This document shows, one piece after another, positions 27,422 through 35,653 of a stretch of DNA of 64,000 nt. How positions within the stretch are numbered: position 1 is the stretch's first letter; the number at the start of each line of letters is the position of its first letter. The DNA is taken from the IMG/VR virus record IMGVR_UViG_3300046664_000044, positions 6 through 64,005 of that record. One strand, given 5' to 3'. A model generated the notes under the pieces. The model was not told the origin of the DNA. It saw only the letters and a list, made by a program, of their open reading frames with translations, and did no database searches. This DNA comes from a virus (Duplodnaviria; Caudoviricetes). Made by a program: the position numbers and the translations under genes.

Positions 27422-28645
27422 TTAGTTGAACGTGACCACGACGACCCATTCCAGACCCGCGCCGGGGTTCAGGGCAGCGGCCATGCTCATAACGTCATGC
27501 GTGTAACTCTCGTCATGGCTGTCCGGCGTCCATGCGTGAATGCTGTGCTGTGCGGCGCTGCGCAGCTCTTCCGCCTTGTCGCTGTCGTCCGTGTGGTTGA
27601 TGGTCAGGCGGCACACTTCAACCTGTTTAGGGCCGCTATGCGCCTGTACGGTACGGCGTGCCACCACGGACACGGAATAGATAGCCTTGATCATGTCTTG
27701 CTCCTTCGGTTGATTGCTGGTCATGGCGGCCCGCAGGTTATCCACGAAGCCCGCCCAATGCTGCATAAGGCGCTGAACGCTGGTAGAGCTGGCCGCCAGC
27801 GTGTGAACCGGGCGCACGCCTTCCGCGTTTTTCGGGCCGTGCATCACGAACATAAAGCCCTGCTCTACGCCGGGGTAATCAATGGTCAGGACTGCGCCGA
27901 CATCGTCGCCGGGCGTGTTCTCAAGCGCGCAATCTACGGCATGGCGTGCCTTGCGCAATGGGTCATTGCCGCCTAAGTCGGTTGCCTCTTCCTTCGGGCC
28001 TACTTTGGCCGCCGCTGCCTGATAGCGGGCATGTGCCGCCAGCGCACGCACAGCGCCGGTAAAGTCGCCGCTCCACGCTACCAGCTTGCCGCCCAGCGCT
28101 TGCGCCTTGAACTCAACGCGGCCACGGTTGACGCCTGCGAACACGTGGCCGATAACTGCGCCGTCAACCATGACGCGCTCCACGTCAACCAATGCGCCAT
28201 TGTCGCCCGCCGTGCTGTCGCGTTCTACGGCCACGCCTTCAAGCGCGTACAGGGCCGGGGCAAGTTCGGCGATGCGTGCATCGAAGGCGGCCAGCGCTTT
28301 AGCTTGCAAGTGCGTGCGGTCATTTTCGCGCAGCGTGTCAATGACGTTTTCCCGGTGCGCGTTGACTTCGGCCAGCAAGTCGCCGCCCTCATCAAACGCG
28401 ATGTTTGCGGAAGTCACGGCAAAGCCGATTGCATCAAATGCCGTGCCGTCAACCGCTGTCCACTTGGACGCGGCCACGATAGAGCGGCCTTCCACGATGC
28501 CGCGCAATGCGCGCAGTGCCGGGATAGCGTGATTGTTCAGGCGAGCGGGCAAGGAGCAGATAGCGCCGGTCTTGCGCTTCGTGTCATATACGCCAATGCG
28601 CAAAACGCCCTGTTCATCCTTGTAGCTTGCGGTATATAGTGCCAT
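27422..28645 (-). CDS. Hypothetical protein (407 aa), probable fusion with internal start at 27694
   Basis: Directly downstream of the promoter at 28690-28718; no recognisable family. Confidence 0.75.
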   Translation of the reverse strand: MALYTASYKDEQGVLRIGVYDTKRKTGAICSLPARLNNHAIPALRALRGIVEGRSIVAASKWTAVDGTAFDAIGFAVTSANIAFDEGGDLLAEVNAHRENVIDTLRENDRTHLQAKALAAFDARIAELAPALYALEGVAVERDSTAGDNGALVDVERVMVDGAVIGHVFAGVNRGRVEFKAQALGGKLVAWSGDFTGAVRALAAHARYQAAAAKVGPKEEATDLGGNDPLRKARHAVDCALENTPGDDVGAVLTIDYPGVEQGFMFVMHGPKNAEGVRPVHTLAASSTSVQRLMQHWAGFVDNLRAAMTSNQPKEQDMIKAIYSVSVVARRTVQAHSGPKQVEVCRLTINHTDDSDKAEELRSAAQHSIHAWTPDSHDESYTHDVMSMAAALNPGAGLEWVVVVTFN

Positions 28646-28689
28646 GATTCGCCCCTTTCAGATTAAGGCTTGTTTGTGAATGAGCCTTC

Positions 28690-28718
28690 ATTATGACGAC
28701 AGGGAAAAACCCTGTCAA
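28690..28718 (-). promoter_or_regulatory. Sigma70 promoter containing the operator (28699..28715)
   Basis: TTGACA-GGGTTTTTCCCTGTCGT-CATAAT. Confidence 0.85.
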
Positions 28719-28787
28719 CAGATTTACGCATGGAAACAACAAAGCCCGCACGCGGCGGGCCTGTCATGTGCTGCTAGGGCGAGCGGT

Positions 28788-29042
28788 TCAGCGTTGCGCC
28801 ATGGCGGCCAGTGCGCGGCGCTGGGCATCTTCGGCAAGCTGGCGCTTGCGCTGTGCGTGTGCCTTGAACTGTTCGAGCGTGCCGCCGTCCGGCATGACCA
28901 CGAAGCACAGCAATGCGCCGATGAGCAGCGGCCCCCACGGCAAACGGTTATCGAATCCAAGATTAAGGAGCGATTGCACGCCGCCCCACGTGACGCAAGC
29001 CAGCGCGACCCAAAGGCGCAAGGCGATAGTGATGTACCACAT
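28788..29042 (-). CDS. Small membrane protein (84 aa)
   Basis: MWYITIALRLWVALACVTWGG...; two hydrophobic segments and a charged tail; start reassigned. Confidence 0.6.
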   Translation of the reverse strand: MWYITIALRLWVALACVTWGGVQSLLNLGFDNRLPWGPLLIGALLCFVVMPDGGTLEQFKAHAQRKRQLAEDAQRRALAAMAQR

Positions 29043-29044
29043 GA

Positions 29045-29227
29045 TTAAATCCCCCAAAGAAGGATAGCGACGCACACGCCAGCCGCTACCACAGCACAAG
29101 CGCCCATGATGCGGCGCACCTTGACCAGTTCGGGCAGCGTTTCGCGCCGGTACATCAGATAACCGCCCAGCGCCATAGCGGCCACGCCTGCGAGGCATTG
29201 AGCAAGGATAGCGGCGGCACTCATCAC
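29045..29227 (-). CDS. Small membrane protein (60 aa, 2 TM)
   Basis: Two hydrophobic helices; GTGA coupling to the upstream gene. Confidence 0.65.
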   Translation of the reverse strand: MMSAAAILAQCLAGVAAMALGGYLMYRRETLPELVKVRRIMGACAVVAAGVCVAILLWGI

Positions 29228-29475
29228 ACGCCCCGCGACAGATAGACAAAATAAGCCGTGCCAAGGCTGAACGGGGAACCGATGGACTTGCGGAACCCCA
29301 CCACTTTAGCGACCGTTGCGACAAGCTGCCGGTGTTCCCAGCTCATCGTATGTACGTCAACGTGTGCGCTAAAGTCCACGCCTTGCGCCTTCAGGTAATC
29401 ACGGATAGCGACCTTGCGCGCCGCGCCGGTAAGCGTGCGATAGCGGCGCAGTTCGAGTGCAATTTGCTTGCTCAT
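29224..29475 (-). CDS. Hypothetical protein (83 aa)
   Basis: SD AAGGAGG; ATGA coupling. Confidence 0.7.
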   Translation of the reverse strand: MSKQIALELRRYRTLTGAARKVAIRDYLKAQGVDFSAHVDVHTMSWEHRQLVATVAKVVGFRKSIGSPFSLGTAYFVYLSRGV

Positions 29476-29786
29476 TTCCTGGCCTCCTTATCGGTTACGG
29501 CGTACATGATGGCGAGATCGTAGGAGCGTTTCAAGTCCGCCTTAATGGCCGCGATAGTCTCATCGCTAAGGCCGTCTTTGATCATCACGGGGTTAATGAT
29601 TTCCTTACCGCCGATGGCCGTCAATTGCAACAGGACGCCGGACGCCATCATGTGCTTTTGTGATGCGCGGTGAATTTCAGTGTTTGCGAACTGGTACACG
29701 TGCGCAAGCTGGGCGGTAAGTTCCAGCACTTGCCGCGCAAGCTGGGCGCGGGTCTTCTTCGCTGGCTTCGTGGTTTGCTTAGTCAT
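29472..29786 (-). CDS. Hypothetical protein (104 aa)
   Basis: SD AAGGAGG. Confidence 0.72.
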   Translation of the reverse strand: MTKQTTKPAKKTRAQLARQVLELTAQLAHVYQFANTEIHRASQKHMMASGVLLQLTAIGGKEIINPVMIKDGLSDETIAAIKADLKRSYDLAIMYAVTDKEARK

Positions 29787-29798
29787 GGCCGGGCCTCC

Positions 29799-30191
29799 TT
29801 ACAGGTCACGTTTGCGGGACACTTCGCGGTGATCGTAGTCAATCCCCAGCTCGCGGAAATAGATAGTTGCCATGCTCGCATCAATGGCGGGGAACAGGCC
29901 GCTATCCTTCATTGCCTTTGCAATTGCCCATTCCCAACCGCTGCCGCCGCCTTCGCGGAACAACACAACATTGCCGGTATCGAGTGCGCGCAGCTCAACT
30001 TTAAATTCAGGGGAACCGCTGCGCGGCCACCACGTCCGGGCCGTGATTCGGTACTCTTTGAACTCGTGGAAGGCGCGCAGCGCTTCGGATGCGATGGCGG
30101 CCAGCTCCACCGGGTTAGAGTTAGACGATGCGAGCGCGACACGTTCGAGCGCGTCAACCAACACGCGAGCCGCTTTGTTTGCTTGTGCCAT
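29799..30191 (-). CDS. Hypothetical protein (130 aa), ends VSRKRDL
   Basis: ORF in a contiguous operon with SD. Confidence 0.7.
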   Translation of the reverse strand: MAQANKAARVLVDALERVALASSNSNPVELAAIASEALRAFHEFKEYRITARTWWPRSGSPEFKVELRALDTGNVVLFREGGGSGWEWAIAKAMKDSGLFPAIDASMATIYFRELGIDYDHREVSRKRDL

Positions 30192-30222
30192 GATTCGGAA
30201 TCCTTATAAACGGTTTATACAG

Positions 30223-30924
30223 TTATTCTTCAATGTCGCTGAACTCGCCTTCAAGGCGTGCGCGTGCGGTCTTGATTTTCTCCACAAGTTCGGCCACGTC
30301 CGCCCGGTAGTCGTCTTTGAATTCGGGATCGTTGCGGCACTTGAAGATGGCGCGCAAGTCGCGCAGGCTTTCGGCCAGTTCCTCGCGCAGTTCGCGGGCC
30401 TCGTGCCAGCGTTCGTTATATTCCTTTTCCTGTTCGGCGTAGTGCTGCGCCTCGTGGTCGGCACTGGCCGCCGCATCGCGCACGGTGGCGTGCACCTCAA
30501 GCAAATAAACGCGCTCGCCGCTATCCGAATCGGCGTAACCGCAACCATAGCGACCATGCGGCAAGTCAAACACGAAGGCGCGCAGCGTGCGCGAGCAATC
30601 CGCGTCGCTATACCATCCGCGATGATCAAGGCCCGAACCTTCGCATTCGTCCGCCCACTCTTCGCCCCGGAACTGCGGGCCGTCATAAGTGACCATGACC
30701 GGGTAACGATCCGTGCGTACCCCGTAGTCTTTCGAGTTATAGCCCGGCGACAGTGCGGACACTTCCGGCGCGTGCATCGCTGCGCGGGCCTTGCGCCAGT
30801 CGCCGCCGTGGACTGCGGCCATGGTGCGGAAGAAGTGCAGGCGCAACCATGGCGTTGCGTTCGTGCGGATCATGTGCGGCGCTACGTTGTTACGGTAGCC
30901 CTTGATAGTGGTGATTGCTTTCAT
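30223..30924 (-). CDS. Hypothetical protein (233 aa)
   Basis: SD AAGGAG; C-terminal coiled coil. Confidence 0.75.
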   Translation of the reverse strand: MKAITTIKGYRNNVAPHMIRTNATPWLRLHFFRTMAAVHGGDWRKARAAMHAPEVSALSPGYNSKDYGVRTDRYPVMVTYDGPQFRGEEWADECEGSGLDHRGWYSDADCSRTLRAFVFDLPHGRYGCGYADSDSGERVYLLEVHATVRDAAASADHEAQHYAEQEKEYNERWHEARELREELAESLRDLRAIFKCRNDPEFKDDYRADVAELVEKIKTARARLEGEFSDIEE

Positions 30925-30936
30925 GGCGGTTACTCC

Positions 30937-32073
30937 TTATTCCTGGCATTCGGTAGCGATGAAATACGGCGTCGTCATGTCGGCTTTGGCGCGGTACGCC
31001 ATGACGACAGCGCCGGACAGGTACAGCTCGCCCTTGCGCGGCGGCCGGGCCGGTTGACCATCCCAGCGCGCATACTTGACCGGCAGGCGCACGCCCTCCA
31101 CTGGCACGCGCTTGTAACCGATTGCCGGGCGCATCGTGGCCGCGCCGCTATCGGCGGGCAGGACGTAACCAGCGGCGCGCAGGCGTTCGGCCATGGATTG
31201 CAGCGCCTCGTAAGTGATTGTGTGGCAACCGACACGCAGGCCGCCCAGCGCGTCAAACTCGCCGAAGTCATACACGCCAACGCGGCGCACCATGCGCGAG
31301 GCGTTGCCCGCATCCATGCGACCGGCGCGCACGTCTTCAATGAGCGGCCACAGTGCCAGCGCGTCGCGCACTGGAATGCTTGCGCCGTGGCTGGTCTGGA
31401 TAACGTCGTTGCCGCGCTTGCCTTCCGGGTCTTTGTTGGCAAGGCGCAGCGCTACCGGCAGGGCGTGCATACTGCCGTGCACATTCTCCCCGGCGAGCCA
31501 GCTTTGCAGGCGTTCGGCCTGCGACATGGCCGCTTGCTGGCGGGCCTTCTCTTTCGCCTCTTCTTCCGCACGCTTTGCCGCCTCGCGGGCCTCGCGCAGT
31601 GCGATAAATCCGGCGTCTTCAAGATCGAACGGCGGCACGCCTTCGCGCTCGCCTTCCGGCATGGCGGCAAGGTATCCATTGAACTGTTCGGCCACGTTCA
31701 GCGCTTGACCGCGCAGGCGGTCGCGTGTTTCGTCTTTGATGCGGCGGGTAGTCCCGGCCTCGTCCAGTAAGCGCATTACTTCGGACACGGCGGCGGCCTT
31801 GTTGTCGGTGGCGCTGGCCGCCGGGTCTTCCACGTGCCACACGGTAGCGTGCGACAGGGCGCGGCGGGCATAGGCGAGATGCTTAGAGGTGGCCGGGCCG
31901 TAAGTGCGGGTAGTGTAGGCGAACACGTCGCGCCCAAGGCGGCGGGCAATGCAGAAGTGCGAGCCGTAGCTGTACAGCTTGCCGAACTCAAAATAGAAAT
32001 TGTTGGCGCTGGCCGCGTCAACGTTGCCCGATGCGTACAGGTGGGCGAGTTGTTCGTTATTGCGTGCTTTCAT
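30937..32073 (-). CDS. Hypothetical early protein (378 aa; LYSYGSHF..ARR...TY...TSKH and VGCHTI motifs)
   Basis: SD AAGGAG; motif pattern I associate with uncharacterised phage early proteins. Confidence 0.78.
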   Translation of the reverse strand: MKARNNEQLAHLYASGNVDAASANNFYFEFGKLYSYGSHFCIARRLGRDVFAYTTRTYGPATSKHLAYARRALSHATVWHVEDPAASATDNKAAAVSEVMRLLDEAGTTRRIKDETRDRLRGQALNVAEQFNGYLAAMPEGEREGVPPFDLEDAGFIALREAREAAKRAEEEAKEKARQQAAMSQAERLQSWLAGENVHGSMHALPVALRLANKDPEGKRGNDVIQTSHGASIPVRDALALWPLIEDVRAGRMDAGNASRMVRRVGVYDFGEFDALGGLRVGCHTITYEALQSMAERLRAAGYVLPADSGAATMRPAIGYKRVPVEGVRLPVKYARWDGQPARPPRKGELYLSGAVVMAYRAKADMTTPYFIATECQE

Positions 32074-32112
32074 TTTTCATGCTCCTTTTCGGATTGTTTG
32101 AGGGACTACGTT

Positions 32113-32229
32113 TTAGAACAGGTTCAGGCCGTGGCCTGCGATTACAACAAAGAAGATTACAGCGACGTGAACGAAGTAATCAGCGGCCCGGAAAATCCAG
32201 CCTTCGGCCATGTTATCGGACTTGATCAT
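32113..32229 (-). CDS. Putative 38-aa membrane peptide
   Basis: MIKSDNMAEGWIFRAADYFVHVAVIFFVVIAGHGLNLF; ATGA overlap with the upstream 20-aa ORF. Confidence 0.45.
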   Translation of the reverse strand: MIKSDNMAEGWIFRAADYFVHVAVIFFVVIAGHGLNLF

Positions 32230-32288
32230 TTCGAGACTTTCACCGTAGCTAAAAGGAATTCGTAGAAGTCGATTTCTTGGATGTCCAT
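32226..32288 (-). CDS. Putative 20-aa acidic peptide MDIQEIDFYEFLLATVKVSK
   Basis: First ORF after the promoter at 32357; purine-rich SD. Confidence 0.35.
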   Translation of the reverse strand: MDIQEIDFYEFLLATVKVSK

Positions 32289-32319
32289 GTTAAAGCCCTT
32301 TCTATCTGCTGACTTGTTG

Positions 32320-32336
32320 ACAGGGAAAAACCCTGT
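32320..32336. promoter_or_regulatory. Operator ACAGGGAAAAACCCTGT (perfect palindrome arms)
   Basis: Preceded by TTG, forming TTGACA; lies downstream of the 32357 promoter. Confidence 0.8.
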
Positions 32337-32356
32337 AATTGCGTTGACTTGTGGCA

Positions 32357-32385
32357 AGTATGACGGCAGGGAAAAACCCTGTCAA
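32357..32385 (-). promoter_or_regulatory. Sigma70 promoter containing the operator (32366..32382)
   Basis: TTGACA-GGGTTTTTCCCTGCCGT-CATACT. Confidence 0.85.
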
Positions 32386-32392
32386 CAAGTTT

Positions 32393-32545
32393 TTACAACA
32401 GGGCCGCAAAAATAACAACGGCGGCAAACGCCAGCGCCCATTTAGGCCCGTCGTTAAGCCAGATAGCGGCGCACAGTACCAGGGCGGCGGCCAGGGTCAG
32501 GCCATACACGAAGAGGGCTAGAAACATGGCCGTTATCCCTGTCAT
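32393..32545 (-). CDS. Small membrane protein (50 aa, 2 TM)
   Basis: Almost entirely hydrophobic; ATGA overlap with the upstream gene. Confidence 0.55.
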   Translation of the reverse strand: MTGITAMFLALFVYGLTLAAALVLCAAIWLNDGPKWALAFAAVVIFAALL

Positions 32546-32829
32546 TTCCGCACCAGGGTAACGCCGAACACTTCCGGCCACTGTTCCGCCTTCGCGTCAA
32601 CCGATGCGACGTAAAACCATCCGCCCAGGTTTTGCACGCACAAGCGGCGGCGGTACGGCACAGCGTTAAACGCAACGACAGTTTCCACACCCGGCGCGGG
32701 TAGCGGGTACATACCGCACAGCTTGCGCGCCGTATCCCTGCTAATGCGGGCTTGATGGTCAGCGCCGTATGCGCTGCTGCACATGCTCGCTTTCAGGTCA
32801 TACGGTGCGGATTCTTTAATGTTGATCAT
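32542..32829 (-). CDS. Hypothetical protein (95 aa)
   Basis: SD GGAG. Confidence 0.65.
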   Translation of the reverse strand: MINIKESAPYDLKASMCSSAYGADHQARISRDTARKLCGMYPLPAPGVETVVAFNAVPYRRRLCVQNLGGWFYVASVDAKAEQWPEVFGVTLVRK

Positions 32830-32876
32830 GGGTTAATTCTCCACTTGTTTGCACGGCAGGATTGCCGCTAGTCGGG

Positions 32877-32906
32877 ATTGCACCACGCCTAGCGCCGCCC
32901 CGTCAA
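32877..32906 (-). promoter_or_regulatory. Possible sigma70 promoter for the terminal arm
   Basis: TTGACG-18 nt-TGCAAT. Confidence 0.4.
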
Positions 32907-33181
32907 TCCCCTGTCGCCGATTCCATGCAAATTTCGCATACCGCCTTTACCTACGGGCTTTTCGCCTTTTTCGCTATGTTTTTGCCAACAGGGTTTCAAC
33001 CAGGGCAACACCGTGGCGATCGTCGCCGGTACATATACGTGGGCGCGAGACTGCTATTCCGCCTTACTTCAAAACCCCAGCCTGTTCCAAAATTTATTCC
33101 CCAGGATTTCAGATTCGACTTCCGGCTTACTTCGGAAGGCCAGCGAGTTCCATGTGGCGAAACCGTATTTACGAAAAGTTG

Positions 33182-33209
33182 TTGACAGGGATTTCGTGGT
33201 GGTGATATT
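33182..33209 (+). promoter_or_regulatory. Sigma70 promoter for the plus-strand accessory arm, with operator half-site
   Basis: TTGACA-GGG...-16 nt-GATATT. Confidence 0.65.
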
Positions 33210-33245
33210 GTTCGTTTCGCAGTATTCATTGAATAGGAGAACAGA

Positions 33246-33599
33246 ATGAAAGAACCCCGCAAGTCAGTACAAGCCAAGCTGCTCGCCGCAGCCGGTGGTG
33301 TCGAGACTGACGTGTCCCTGCCAAGCCGTGCACGCGCCAGCTCGTTCACGTCCACGCTTGTCGATCTGAAGGTCGGCCAAGACCCAGCGGCCAAGGTCGT
33401 GCGCCTGGAGCCGGACGTGAACATGGAAGCGCTGGCCGATGTCCTGGCCGCAGAAAAGGAACGCTTGCGCAACAACGTCACGTCGTCCATCTCGGCGGCC
33501 AAGCGCCGCGTCGAGAACTCGCAGTACAGCATCGAATGCACGCACTTCATCTGCAACAGCGGCATCTACGTTGCAGCCCTCGTCACCCGCACCGAATAA
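33246..33599 (+). CDS. Hypothetical protein (117 aa)
   Basis: SD AGGAG; phage-typical codon usage. Confidence 0.75.
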   Translation: MKEPRKSVQAKLLAAAGGVETDVSLPSRARASSFTSTLVDLKVGQDPAAKVVRLEPDVNMEALADVLAAEKERLRNNVTSSISAAKRRVENSQYSIECTHFICNSGIYVAALVTRTE

Positions 33600-33612
33600 G
33601 GAGAACACACGA

Positions 33613-33798
33613 ATGGCAACCATCGCAGCACTGCGCCAGCAACGCACGAACCTGCTGGCAAACATCAAGGACAAAGAACAGACCGTCAAGAACATGGACG
33701 CCAACATGCGCGCCGTGCGTGGCGAAATCTCGCGCCTGAAGTCCCAGGAGCGCGAGCTGACCAGCAAGATCACCAAGATGGCGAAGGAGGAACTGTAA
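33613..33798 (+). CDS. Coiled-coil protein (61 aa); ends AKEEL
   Basis: SD AAGGAG; start reassigned. Confidence 0.7.
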   Translation: MATIAALRQQRTNLLANIKDKEQTVKNMDANMRAVRGEISRLKSQERELTSKITKMAKEEL

Positions 33799-34226
33799 TG
33801 AAGACGATTGGAGATATGAAGCAGTACATCCGCGACAACCTGCAACCGGGTGCCTACAGGCTTTCCGACCAGGGATCGGTGCCTGACATTTTGCTCCGGG
33901 GAGTCATGCCCGCCACGGAAGCGGAGATGAAGGCCGAGATGGCGCTGTCCGGCTCCGTGTTCTTGGACGGCCATGGTCGCATCATCTCGCCGGAATTCGT
34001 GAGCATCGACCCGGATGGCCGCATCTACGTGGACATCGACCGTGCGAAGCGCTTGGCCCAGGCCGCCACGCAGCCCGCCGACAACAACCGCCGCTGGCAC
34101 GTGATCGACAAGAAGGCCAAGAAGGCGCAGCCGGTGGTGCGCACGCCGCAGGTCGGCATGCCGCGCCCGAAGCTGCTCACCATGAACGTGTGGCGCGCAC
34201 TGTCGCAGATGGGAGCGCTGCAATGA
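33798..34226 (+). CDS. Hypothetical protein (142 aa)
   Basis: TAATG coupling. Confidence 0.72.
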   Translation: MKTIGDMKQYIRDNLQPGAYRLSDQGSVPDILLRGVMPATEAEMKAEMALSGSVFLDGHGRIISPEFVSIDPDGRIYVDIDRAKRLAQAATQPADNNRRWHVIDKKAKKAQPVVRTPQVGMPRPKLLTMNVWRALSQMGALQ

Positions 34227-34507
34227 GCGGCGAATACACGATGAGCCACCTGAAGGCCGACATCGAGCGCTTCGTGGAAAGCCGCGACGACACGAACTCG
34301 AACGAGCGCTTCGACACCGAGCGCCATCAGGCGCGTGACATCCTGGGCCAGTTTGCCGCGTGGCTGGACAAGAGTGACTCCGAGAAGATCATGGAAGAGC
34401 TGGTCGAGGCCCGCAAGCTGAACTCCGACTTGAACCGCCGCCTGGACTCCGCGCTGATCCAGCGTGACCAGTACAAGGCGCAGCTCGACAAATTCAACCA
34501 ACTCTAA
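34223..34507 (+). CDS. Hypothetical protein (94 aa)
   Basis: ATGA coupling; SD GGGAG. Confidence 0.68.
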   Translation: MSGEYTMSHLKADIERFVESRDDTNSNERFDTERHQARDILGQFAAWLDKSDSEKIMEELVEARKLNSDLNRRLDSALIQRDQYKAQLDKFNQL

Positions 34508-34516
34508 AAACGATCC

Positions 34517-34726
34517 ATGGCACGGACTTCCCTCATCAACCGCCCGGCCACGGAGATGCGCGTCGCAAACTACGACCGCTTCGCCGTGCGTGTAAAGGGC
34601 GAACTCATTACCGCTATCGACTCCTGCCCGTCGTACATGGTCGGAACCGAAGCACAGAAGGACGCCATCGTGGCGCTGGATGCCGCGATGAACAAGATCA
34701 ACGCATTGTGGAATAAGGAGCGCTAG
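34517..34726 (+). CDS. Hypothetical protein (69 aa)
   Basis: In operon. Confidence 0.6.
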   Translation: MARTSLINRPATEMRVANYDRFAVRVKGELITAIDSCPSYMVGTEAQKDAIVALDAAMNKINALWNKER

Positions 34727-34729
34727 AGC

Positions 34730-35653
34730 ATGGCCCGTGAACACTACAAAGACTTCAACTTCCGCGCCGACACGCTGGTGCTGATCGACGAGATGAACGA
34801 AATCATCCGCGACTACCAGCGGCAAGGCTTCGTGCTGACCGTGCGCCAGCTCTACTACCAGCTCGTCGCCGCAGCGAAGATCGCCAACACCGAACAGTCG
34901 TACAAGCGCATTACCGGCGTGTGCAACGACGCCCGCCTCGCTGGCCTGATGGATTGGGACGCGATTGAAGACCGCACCCGCGAGTTCATCACCCGCTCGT
35001 CGTGGATTAGTCCGCACTCGCTGATGGACACTTGCTCGCGTCAGTTCCACATGGACTTGTGGGAAGACCAGACCGAGCGCGTGTTCGTCATCGTCGAGAA
35101 GGAGGCGCTGGTCGGCGTGCTGCAACGCACCTGCCACGACTACGACGTGCCGCTGCTGGCCGCTCGCGGCTATCCGTCCCGCACCGTGGTGCGCGAGTTC
35201 TGCGAAGAGATGGTGATCCCTGCCTTCGACGCCGGACAGGAAGTGACCGTGCTGCACCTGGGCGACCATGACCCTTCCGGCATCGACATGAGCCGCGATC
35301 TCGAAGAGTGGATCGGCCTGTTCTGCCGCAGTGACGAGCGCGGCGACTACATCAACTTCGAGCGCATCGCACTGAACATGGATCAGATCACGAGCCAGCG
35401 GCCACCGCCTAATCCGGCCAAGTCCACCGACTCGCGCTTCAAGGACTACGCCAGCAAGTTCGGCACGAAGAGCTGGGAGCTGGATGCGCTGAAGCCAAAC
35501 TTCCTGAACCAGCTCGTGTCCTCGAACATCGAGCTGCACATCGACGACGAGAAGTGGACGGCCCGCAAAGAGCTGATCGCACACGGCAAGAATGAGTTCA
35601 TCCGCCTGAAGGATCAGATCGTGTTCCCGCCCGCCGAGGTGGAAGATGAATAA
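34730..35653 (+). CDS. Topoisomerase VI-A/Spo11/JetD-like Toprim protein
   Basis: WH motif LTVRQLYYQLV; Toprim EK..L, RGYPS, GDHDPSG (DxD), ERIALN, WELDAL. Confidence 0.8.
   Translation: MAREHYKDFNFRADTLVLIDEMNEIIRDYQRQGFVLTVRQLYYQLVAAAKIANTEQSYKRITGVCNDARLAGLMDWDAIEDRTREFITRSSWISPHSLMDTCSRQFHMDLWEDQTERVFVIVEKEALVGVLQRTCHDYDVPLLAARGYPSRTVVREFCEEMVIPAFDAGQEVTVLHLGDHDPSGIDMSRDLEEWIGLFCRSDERGDYINFERIALNMDQITSQRPPPNPAKSTDSRFKDYASKFGTKSWELDALKPNFLNQLVSSNIELHIDDEKWTARKELIAHGKNEFIRLKDQIVFPPAEVEDE

Noticed and set aside
32940-33135. CCGCCTTAC-like repeats (32941, 33059, 33122; reverse copy ~27294)
   Set aside because: Short, imperfect and irregularly spaced; could be chance in a pyrimidine-rich intergenic strand.
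33786-33800. [DE]EL ends as a mere by-product of overlapping Shine-Dalgarno sequences (AAG GAG GAA CTG TAA TG)
   Set aside because: This may contribute at coupled junctions. It does not explain the invariant Leu, the GAC GAC GAG codons, or the tag on genes with no coupled downstream start.
34730-35653. Complete Wadjet or Topo VI system
   Set aside because: No SMC/kleisin (JetABC) or GHKL B-subunit genes; kept only as a stand-alone finding.
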